Shown piece after piece: positions 56,001 to 64,000 of a stretch of 64,000 nt of DNA; the stretch's first letter is position 1, and every line of letters begins with the position of its first letter. Origin of the DNA: Hormiphora californensis (taxonomy: Eukaryota > Animalia > Ctenophora); the NCBI GenBank assembly GCA_020137815.1, contig CM035358.1, forward strand, positions 1,426,001-1,490,000. Direction: 5' to 3'. The translations under genes were made by a program, and so were the position numbers. The notes below the pieces were generated by a model that made no database searches, was not told the origin of the DNA, and saw only the letters and a list, made by a program, of their open reading frames with translations.

Positions 56001-59000
56001 ATTTTGTATGGCCTTAACCCTGGTGAAGTCATTTGGTTGGGCACTCGATGATGAAAAACGCCAGGTGTACCCTTAAACAAATTAATTTGAGCTCGCGGCG
56101 GCGTCGTGTGTCTCAAACCCCCTGTAGGATCTAGCCTATGGTAAAAGTAATGGCCAATCATGACAAACATGGCACAGCCAAGGAAGTACTCGGGGAGATG
56201 ATTCGGACTGGTCCGGAAGCTGTTAAAACCTGCTTGACACACTTCGATACATCACAACCTGTGTGGGCCAATAAGGCGTCCTTATCAAAGGTTAACCGAC
56301 CCATTCTCGATGAATTCGCGGAGTTTCTCGGTATTCCTCCCCTATATGGTGAAAAGGGGGTTAAGGACATAGAGCTGAAAACAAAGCCCAGGATTGCTCT
56401 CAGGGTTGCTCAGGAGCTCAAAGCCCTGACCGTGCCAGTCAAATGTGCTGAATGTAACGACATCTACCAGCACAAGAGGAATGGCCTCGTTCCTCTGAGG
56501 TGTTTTCTCTGTCACCAACCTTCCCATGACTGTGAACCTTTGGTGAGTGTAATCACTTCCAGAAATGAAGCTTCAAGCCTGGTAGGAGAAGTTTGGATAT
56601 GTGATCCGTGCTGTGTTCCCAAAGATGAGGAAAAGGGTACACCGCTTACTACCAAGGTCTCATCGCGACTGAATACGCCTGGAAGGTCTAGGAATAACAG
56701 TCTGTCGATTGTTGAGCCCGGTAGTGAACGGAAAACGAAATTGAACGATGAGGCAAGCGAGAAGGTGAATGCTAACGATCCGACTGTGCTGGAAGCACTG
56801 GCCAATCTCGCGAAACAGCAGAAGGAGGCGGAAAAATTCCCAAACGAGTGCGAAACTACTTGTATGTTGCTCAAGGAGGGTAGGTGTCCTCATGGCATAA
56901 CTGGGAAGAAATCTGCTGACGGTAAGGATAGGTGTGACTTTTTTCATCCGAAACTATGTGTTCCCTGGGGGAAGAAAGGAGAGAAAGGTTGTGCCAAGGG
57001 TCCGGAATGTAGGAAACTACACAAGGCTATCTGTAGCAGAGCAAAAGAATCCAAGGAATGTTTTGAAAAGAAATGTTACCTTGTTCACCCCAAAGGAACC
57101 AACAGGCGAAAGCCAAGGGACCAGGTGGGGCAAAAGAGAGATAGAAGAAAGAGTGAACGTGGACCTTCCCAGGAAGGAGGACGAACGGAAAAGCCGTCCT
57201 TCGCAACGGGGCAAAACAAGTCCAATGATAAGAAGCCTGGCAGTTCGCTGGGACGAAACGGTAAACCAGGCGGTAAACCAAACGCAAAATTCACTCCAGC
57301 TAAAAGTCAGGGTGATTTTTTAGCTATCAAATCCCTTTTGGAAAAGCTTCAGAAGGGAATGTCGGACATAAAAGGGGATCAGACACAAATGCAGAAAACC
57401 CTGAAAACTCTGAGAGCAGATCAAGGAAAGAGCTGCTCAATGGGGAGGTCTCGGATCGGATCCGGCCACGGGTGCTGCAGTCAGGCGTGTTATTAAACGC
57501 CCAATCCTGCAACCCAAGTGCAAGGAGTAAATGTGCTTGGAAGTTGCAGTGCCTCAGGGAGGATGTGGAGTCAATCCCAGGAGAGGTACCCTTCATAGCT
57601 GTGACAGAAACATGGCTTAAACCATACGTGGAAAACTTACAAATTCTAAATGGATGGGAGAAGTACAGGGTCTACCGTTGTGATCGGAGATACAGGACAG
57701 GGGGCGGTGTTATGCTGCTGACGTCATTTGATCTACCGATAGACGAGCATGTAGCTTTGGATAACGACAGCTGTCAGCTGTTAATGTGCTCCTCAAGCCC
57801 AAGCAAGTGGGTATTTGGGGTACTGTACAGATCACCATCCGCTCCAGTTAGTGATTTTAGGGCGTGCCTGGAGGTAGCCAGAAATTTCATCGAACAGAGG
57901 CCAGATCATGTTGTCTGTCTTATGGGAGATTTTAATGTACCTGAGATCGCTTGGAATCCACCTGAGGCAAACCCAAGAACAGCAAATAGTGATGCACTGC
58001 TTAGCTTCACTGAGGACACGCTGCTTTCTCAATACATTGATGTACCATCGAGAGGCAGCAGCTACTTGGATTTGGTTTTCAGCAACTCTGAGACACTGGT
58101 TAACCGTGTGAGGAGCAAGGAGACTAGGTTGTCGGACCACAACCTATTGGAGTTTGGTGTGACTCGGAATCCGTGCTCTGCAGCCAGGGAAACTGTGCCA
58201 CCTCAGTTTGCTGCTGATGAGTTTCGTTCACTGGATATGTACAAAGCAGATACAGAGGCAATATGTGAGGCGGTAAAAAAGGTTGATTGGGAAGCTGTAT
58301 TCGGTAAGTGCACCACAGAAGAGCTTCCTCGAGTATTCAGGGATATATTGTTCCAGATTGCTCAGATTCATGCACCTAGGAAGAAACCGAGAAGGGGGAG
58401 GCCAAAGCTTGTCAGAAAACTTTCTCGGAAAAAAAGAGCTGCGAAAGGGCGTCTCGCACTGCTCTTGGAGAAAAAGGATACTCCAATCAGTCAGATTGAA
58501 GCTCTCCAAAAGAGGATCGATGTGCTTTATGGGGAAATCCGGGATGCTATCCTGGATGAGAATATAAAGCAGGAAAAACTGGCAGTTGAAAAGATCAAAA
58601 CAAACGCCAAGTACTTCTACAGCTACGCTAAGCGTTTCGCTGGTGACAGCAACAGTATCTCGGCGTTAACTGGAGAATCTGGCGAATTGATTACTGATAA
58701 GAAAGAAATTGTGGAAGCTTTGTCTAGGCAATTCAAGGCTGTGTTCAGTGACCCGGAGGAAGCTGACTTAAACACAGGACACGATATCACAGTTTGCGAG
58801 TCAATAACACCTGGTGACAATGATGTTGACTTTACAGTGAAAGATATCCTAGATGCTATCAAGGAGATGAAACCGGACGCAGCTCCTGGTCCGGACGGAA
58901 TACCGGCCATACTGCTGAAAAGCTGCGCTGAAGCGGTGGCACACCCACTGTACCTGATGTGGACTAGGTCGCTAGGGGAAGGTATTGTTCCATCATCGTC

Positions 59001-62000
59001 CAAGGTGTCGCTTGTCACCCCCCTCTACAAGAAGGGTAGCAGGTCCTCAGCTGCAAATTATCGCCCTGTCTCTCTGACCGATCATACCATTAAGGTCTTC
59101 GAGAGAGTCGTACGGAAAAAGCTAGTGAACCATTTTGAGAAAAATGAGCTTTTTAACGACATTCAACATGGATTTAGGCGTGGGAGAAGTTGCCTCACCC
59201 AGCTCCTAGATCACTTCGACAACATTCATAGTAATGCACTCGATGGCATGGAAACTGACTCTGTGTACCTTGATTACGCTAAGGCGTTTGATCGAGTTGA
59301 TCATAACATCTTGATTAGAAAGCTTAGAAGCTATAAGGTACATGAAGGTCTCGTGACATGGATCCAGTCTTTCCTGGAAGGAAGAGTGCAGAGAGTCACG
59401 GTGGATGGATGTCAGTCGGAGCCTGTACATGTTAAGAGCGGAGTTCCCCAAGGGTCAGTTTTGGGACCGATGCTCTTTTTAATATATCTGAATGATATCA
59501 CAACGGTTGTGTCAGGAAGTACACTGCGGTGCTTTGCAGATGACACACGAATCATGAAGAGTATTGGAGGAGAAATGGATATGAAAATACTCCAACGGGA
59601 CCTGGATTCGGTTACCGAGTGGTCACTGAGAAATAACATGAAACTGCATACGGATAAGTTCGAATTCCTACTGCATGGCGTTTCACGTGACCATCTCATG
59701 CACCATCTCCCTTTTACTGCTGATATCTTGAGCTACAGCACTTCAGCAGGGCTGCTGAAACCTATGTCCTCGGTTAAGGATTTGGGCGTGCTTGTTCATT
59801 CTGATCTAACCTGGTCCGGTCACATCGCTACCATCGCCGAAAACGCTAAGAGGAAAGCAGCCTGGGTGTTTAGTGTGTTCAGGACCAGGGATAGAGGGGT
59901 TATGGTAACCCTCTACAAGAGCATGGTAAGAAGCCTGCTGGAATACTGCTGCCCTCTTTGGAATCCTACCAAGATCCAGGATATCCAGGTTTTAGAGGGG
60001 GTGCAACGCTCCTTCACCAGACGGATCTCTGAGTGCAAGGGGATGGATTACTGGCAGAGACTGCAATACCTGGGCCTTAGCTCCCTGCAGCGCAGGAGAG
60101 AGAGATACTCCATTCTCCACATGTGGAAGATCATGCACGGCCTAGTCTCCAATGACCTCAAAATAAGGTTCACAACTGGAGGCCGACTTGGAGTTCGAGC
60201 TGTGGTTCCCAAATTGACCAAACTGTCCACTATGGCCAAACAGACAGCATATGACGGATCCTTTGCTGTTATGGGACCACGACTATGGAACTGTTTACCT
60301 GCAAAACTTAATCAAATTGACGAGTTCCAGGTATTCAAAGTTCAGCTGTCAAGATACCTGACGTCGTTTTCGGACTGTCCCCCAGTTACGGGATATGTAC
60401 GAAGCTCCAGGAACTCTATACTAGACATGAGACTGAACGACGGGGAGTTGCAAGCAAGCGATACCCCGGTCGGAGTGTAAACGGCGGCGAATCATCAGAA
60501 GTAACCAGAAGTAAGTAAACCGATTCAGAGGGGTCTGAAACAACCGAACAATCTAAGATCATGTAGTTAGAAATCATAGCTACGAAGTAACCCCTCGACC
60601 TTCGTAGAGCGCACTTAGTGGCTAGTGCCGGCCACTGGCCAGGGAGGGGTAACTTCGTTACCATTGGTTACTAACCAATGGTTACTAACCAATGGTTACT
60701 AACCATTAAAAACACCCCCGCACTCACCTATCCTCCTATCACCAATCCACCAGGACATAGCAAATGTCAGATTAGCAGTGTCTAATGAGTCATCCTGCTC
60801 AACGTTACAAGTAAATGTAGCAGTATCATCTGTCATCATCAAGGTAGCTGAATCAGGTGTGACACTGACATCTGAAAATGGAATGGATAAAAGGTTAAGG
60901 AACTGGAGTAAGAGTTCATTGAACTCGCAATTTACTACTAATTTACTACAAATTACTGCAGTGAGATGAAAGAAAATTAAAAATATCAAGAAAAAAAATT
61001 GAAATTTAATGACCAGCGAGGGTCAATTATTGTCAAATCAAAGTCTCCTATAAATTACCTCGCTTAAATACAGTCATTTCACGAGACACGATATCATCAT
61101 CCAGATCAGATGTGCTGCTATTGACTTGATCAAACTTGATTGTAGCATGGGCTGTGTATGTCTTATCAGGCAATCCAGAGTCCACATAATAGATCCAAGA
61201 AGAATAGTTAGATGACTGTCCCTCGGTTGCGGTGGTATTAGTTCCATCTACCGTCCAGATGACAGAGTCGGGTTTGATGTGGGGAGATGAGAATGTGAGT
61301 TGGAGACGGCCCATGTTGTACTGGTAGGGGTGATCAATACCAGCCACATCTGTAACACGTGGTTTAGTTATACCAATAGTGCAAAGAAACAAGGAAACAA
61401 AGAAAAAAAAAGAAAAAAAAACAAACAAACATACCAACAAAATAGGTTGTAACTTGGTCACTCCTAATTGACCTATAAGTATTATAGGTCCATTTCCAAT
61501 CATCTAAACACCGTGCTACACACATGAACATCTGTTTATCTCCATATCTCCTGTTAACCGTTAACCACTCTCCCTTCCAGGTGGTATAGTTGCTCCAGGT
61601 GTTATTATTCGAGGTGGTCCACCAAACCTCTCTGGATGAGATAGAGAGAGATTATTGAATTAGAGATAATGCCGTGATTGAAACTTAGTTTTCAGTTACA
61701 CTAATACCACTTCTACACTACTATACTACTACTAAAACTATGCTATTCAAGTTAAAAGGGTAACATGACAGAGGTAACTACCTGAGTAACAAAGATAACA
61801 AAGATAACAAGGGTAACTACCTGTTTGCGCACTCAGCGGTAAAGTTACAGTATATGTTTACAGTATCCTCAATTGATACCTCTCTTGTACCATTCATTAT
61901 CTCAATATCTGCGTGGGGGGAGGCAAAAGTTAAATTATATTATGTGTGTTTTGTATAATTGGACTTTATAAAGATGATTATTTATCTCGAACTAACTGAC

Positions 62001-64000
62001 CTCGTATGTATAGAGTGGTTACATTAGACATGTATCTATCACCCTCCGTTCCATTGATGTTAGTCCACACCTCACACCAATACGTGCCATTATCAATGAA
62101 CAACAGGGAATCAAACTGCAACATCATTCCATTCTCTCCATCAAGACGTTCGGGTGTACCACTGGCATTGTGGTACCATTGGTAGCTTGGTGTCCCGGTA
62201 TTACCAGTGACGCTGCAGGTAAGATTGGTGGAAGCGGAGGCAACTTCGAACCGACTCCTGTCAATATCCACGTCTGGAGAGAGAGATAGATAGAGAGAGT
62301 AAATGTAAGGAATGTTAATCAATTGTGGACAGTTTGAGAATAAATTGTGAGGAATGGCCCCCGGGCGCTTACCAGCGCTGTGAACCATTTGGGACAGCGA
62401 GAGGATTGTGAATCAACTGAGGCAGTAAATGTGATTGTGAGGAGTAAAACTTACCAAACACTCCAACGAAGGCATGTTCAGTCATGTTAAACCAGTACCC
62501 GTTATCCTCAAAAGCTAACAAACACGTCACATTCCAGCCATCTCTAATTGGTGTAAATGTAGCTACACTTCCGTTAGAGAGACCAGGCCAGGAGAGGGAA
62601 TCGTTGTAGTCATTGCCCAGTTCACTGGTAACGTTACAGGATAGGTTCACCTCACCACCTCGTAGTGCTTCCTTGTTGTCCACTACAATCTCTGAAAGTG
62701 GGTAGGCATTGTAGGCATTGTGGAACGAACTATAAATATTTGAGTCCCCCTCCCCCGATGATTATTAGTGTCATAGTTGATAGTGGTGACAAGTGAAATG
62801 TGACCTACCCATACAACCCGATAGTTTCTGGTGACAGGTGAAATGTGACCTACCCATACAACCCGATAGTTTCTGGTGACAGGTGTAATGTGACCTACCC
62901 ATACAACCCGATAGTTTCTGGTGACAGGTGAAATGTGACCTACCCATACAACCCGATAGTTTCTGGTGACAGGTGAAATGTGACCTACCCATACAACCCG
63001 ATAGTTTCTGGTGACAGGTGAAATGTGACCTACCCATACAACCCGATAGTTTCTGGTGACAGGTGAAATGTGACCTACCCATACAACCCGATAGTTTCTG
63101 GTGACAGGTGAAATGTGACCTACCCATACAACCCGATAGTTTCTGGTGACAGGTGAAATGTGACCTACCCATACAACCCGATAGTTTCTGGTGACAGGTG
63201 AAATGTGACCTATCCATAGTTTCACAGTTTCTGATGTAATATGACCTACCCACAAGATCAATAGCAATGGTATCCTGAACAGTAGGACTCTCCTCTAGAT
63301 AACATATCACCTCCCCGCTACTGTTAACCATCAGATAGCTAGTTGTTGAGTTATACTTCACTGACAAGTCCGTTAAATCTGCAAGTAACAGTCAATATTT
63401 TTATACATAGAGCTTTCATTATAAAATAATTAATGGGTGTCCAAATGTTATCAGAAGTACCTGTTGAGTCGTCCTTAGTTTTCCATTTGATACTCTGAGA
63501 CTCACTATTGACGGTACACCACACATTGACACCCCATCCCTTCATTATCACAGCATTGTTGAATGCACTCTTTACAGCTGATAATGGGGGGGGGGGTAGT
63601 GATGGAGAGTTTGTTATTTGGGGTTAGAAATAATCTGGGTTAGGTCCTAGAACCCAAATCTGAACATTCTGGGAATCATTTCAGATTTGATTTTGTAAGA
63701 ACAATAGACCTACACATGGTCATGCAATGTACAATTTGTACAAGTTACAAATGAAAAGTTTTCAGATACACAAAAAGTACATACCCAGTTTCTCCAGTGT
63801 AGAATAATGACTCCGCAACACCTTGGCAGTATGATGAATCCCTGAATACTCCACTTCACAGAACACCTTCTTCCCCACCATACCCTCACTCATCGTCACC
63901 TCCCAGGAACTAACAAACACCCCATCCTCTGTTATATTCGACACTGTACCATCACTAACCAGCTCAATATCACCCACATCATTCAGGTAGTTCCACCTCA
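47052..64000 (-). CDS. Large multi-Ig-domain type I membrane glycoprotein (5' end outside the window), with sushi-like and Cys-rich juxtamembrane region; several apparent indels
   Basis: Many exons with the C...W...YxC Ig pattern (e.g. TNLTCSVTG..SYQWYHN..DNGTYWCEV) and dense NxS/T sequons. TM exon 47459-47354 (LGLAVFAAVVVVLVASIGIFITI); last exon 47145-47052 AKKNRTNREHLTPALVFSNDVFADIDIDNN*. Confidence 0.85.
47905..48252. repeat. 20-bp G-rich minisatellite (gggcagagtgagctgtgttg)n, intronic
   Basis: About 16 visible units. Confidence 0.93.
53555..53652. mobile_element. 98-bp MITE with 9-bp TSD (GTACCTTGC), MULE-like; copy 2
   Basis: Same 5' 30 bp as 39192; TSD at 53546-53554 and 53653-53661. 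Confidence 0.85.
53852..54437. mobile_element. MITE (GGC...GCC TIR, 3-bp TSD ATG) with subterminal repeats and a TTAGGG-like core
   Basis: TIR ggcggtg(t/g)gcggactctagtgcta; many ggactct(a/t)tatctaa motifs in both orientations; ggttagggttagggttatggttagggttagg at ~54158-54188; inserted into a 31-bp tandem repeat. Confidence 0.8.
54770..56072. mobile_element. 1.3-kb foldback DNA transposon, TTAA TSD, GGG...CCC termini (Kolobok-like)
   Basis: ~610-bp near-identical arms (54770-55383 / 55459-56072) with a ~75-bp spacer; ttaa at 54766-54769 and 56073-56076; purine-purine start argues for Kolobok rather than piggyBac. Confidence 0.88.
56138..57496 (+). CDS. LINE ORF1 protein: PHD-like finger, three CCCH-type fingers, basic linker, C-terminal coiled coil
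   Basis: CAEC...CFLC...HDC...WICDPC; three C..C..C..H clusters ending DFFH, RKLH, YLVH; heptad segment IKSLLEKLQKGMSDIKGDQTQMQKTLKTL. Confidence 0.88.
   Translation: MVKVMANHDKHGTAKEVLGEMIRTGPEAVKTCLTHFDTSQPVWANKASLSKVNRPILDEFAEFLGIPPLYGEKGVKDIELKTKPRIALRVAQELKALTVPVKCAECNDIYQHKRNGLVPLRCFLCHQPSHDCEPLVSVITSRNEASSLVGEVWICDPCCVPKDEEKGTPLTTKVSSRLNTPGRSRNNSLSIVEPGSERKTKLNDEASEKVNANDPTVLEALANLAKQQKEAEKFPNECETTCMLLKEGRCPHGITGKKSADGKDRCDFFHPKLCVPWGKKGEKGCAKGPECRKLHKAICSRAKESKECFEKKCYLVHPKGTNRRKPRDQVGQKRDRRKSERGPSQEGGRTEKPSFATGQNKSNDKKPGSSLGRNGKPGGKPNAKFTPAKSQGDFLAIKSLLEKLQKGMSDIKGDQTQMQKTLKTLRADQGKSCSMGRSRIGSGHGCCSQACY
57316..57358 (+). promoter_or_regulatory. Candidate -1 programmed ribosomal frameshift signal (U_UUU_UUA plus stem-loop)
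   Basis: ORF1 codons GAT TTT TTA put the heptamer in the correct phase; 9-nt spacer; stem 57332-57342 / 57348-57358 (11 bp, two G-U pairs), 5-nt loop. Confidence 0.7.
57316..60480 (+). CDS. LINE ORF2: apurinic-like endonuclease plus reverse transcriptase (frame open from 57316; first ATG only at 57712)
   Basis: EN motifs LLNAQS, VTETW, MGDFN, LDLVF, SDH; RT motifs PGPDG, YRPVSL, QHGF, LDYAKAFD, GVPQGSVLGP, FADD. Confidence 0.96.
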   Translation, partial: FFSYQIPFGKASEGNVGHKRGSDTNAENPENSESRSRKELLNGEVSDRIRPRVLQSGVLLNAQSCNPSARSKCAWKLQCLREDVESIPGEVPFIAVTETWLKPYVENLQILNGWEKYRVYRCDRRYRTGGGVMLLTSFDLPIDEHVALDNDSCQLLMCSSSPSKWVFGVLYRSPSAPVSDFRACLEVARNFIEQRPDHVVCLMGDFNVPEIAWNPPEANPRTANSDALLSFTEDTLLSQYIDVPSRGSSYLDLVFSNSETLVNRVRSKETRLSDHNLLEFGVTRNPCSAARETVPPQFAADEFRSLDMYKADTEAICEAVKKVDWEAVFGKCTTEELPRVFRDILFQIAQIHAPRKKPRRGRPKLVRKLSRKKRAAKGRLALLLEKKDTPISQIEALQKRIDVLYGEIRDAILDENIKQEKLAVEKIKTNAKYFYSYAKRFAGDSNSISALTGESGELITDKKEIVEALSRQFKAVFSDPEEADLNTGHDITVCESITPGDNDVDFTVKDILDAIKEMKPDAAPGPDGIPAILLKSCAEAVAHPLYLMWTRSLGEGIVPSSSKVSLVTPLYKKGSRSSAANYRPVSLTDHTIKVFERVVRKKLVNHFEKNELFNDIQHGFRRGRSCLTQLLDHFDNIHSNALDGMETDSVYLDYAKAFDRVDHNILIRKLRSYKVHEGLVTWIQSFLEGRVQRVTVDGCQSEPVHVKSGVPQGSVLGPMLFLIYLNDITTVVSGSTLRCFADDTRIMKSIGGEMDMKILQRDLDSVTEWSLRNNMKLHTDKFEFLLHGVSRDHLMHHLPFTADILSYSTSAGLLKPMSSVKDLGVLVHSDLTWSGHIATIAENAKRKAAWVFSVFRTRDRGVMVTLYKSMVRSLLEYCCPLWNPTKIQDIQVLEGVQRSFTRRISECKGMDYWQRLQYLGLSSLQRRRERYSILHMWKIMHGLVSNDLKIRFTTGGRLGVRAVVPKLTKLSTMAKQTAYDGSFAVMGPRLWNCLPAKLNQIDEFQVFKVQLSRYLTSFSDCPPVTGYVRSSRNSILDMRLNDGELQASDTPVGV
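62784..63249. repeat. 45-bp minisatellite (9 full units plus partials) starting at a splice donor
   Basis: tgtgacctacccatacaacccgatagtttctggtgacaggtgaaa repeated almost perfectly. Confidence 0.96.

Larger units (their letters stand above)
56077..60518 (+). mobile_element. Apparently full-length, intact CR1-clade non-LTR retrotransposon, antisense in an intron of the Ig gene
   Basis: Two uninterrupted overlapping ORFs; very short 3' UTR ending in cagaagtaa/gtaa repeats; CR1-type C-terminus (CPLWNP...LEGVQRSFTRRI...YWQRLQYLGLSSLQRRR). Confidence 0.92.

Noticed and set aside
57333-57339. Second slippery heptamer CCCUUUU
   Set aside because: Not in X_XXY_YYZ phase with ORF1; it is part of the stem.
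62784-63249. CRISPR-like array
   Set aside because: Contiguous identical units with no unique spacers, in a eukaryotic intron.

Overview
Eukaryotic, intron-rich animal DNA, most likely a cydippid ctenophore. This is an inference: two short repeats translate to QPIRTRYLGHVTGYQPIRDQYFL and IQSDPDLPG, which I recall from Pleurobrachia gene models. Hand-splicing recovers seven genes: an Mnk kinase (-, DFD motif and Zn insert), a 10-exon uncharacterised gene with two TBATA/C4orf17-like motifs (+), a class A GPCR (+), a CTR/SLC31 copper transporter (+), a CHST-type sulfotransferase (-), a CXorf65/C22orf15-family gene (+), and the 3' part of a large multi-Ig type I membrane protein (-). A possible small TM/Gln-rich gene lies near 3.5-4.2 kb. 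Introns and intergenic DNA hold many non-autonomous DNA transposons with visible TIRs/TSDs, two large foldbacks, minisatellites and long microsatellites. The most striking observation is an intact CR1-clade LINE (56.1-60.5 kb). Its ORF2 has no ATG before the endonuclease catalytic motifs, and its frame opens exactly at an in-phase U_UUU_UUA slippery heptamer followed 9 nt later by an 11-bp stem-loop. This looks like a retrovirus-style -1 programmed frameshift cassette in a non-LTR retrotransposon. All exon coordinates were derived by eye and may be off by a few bases.
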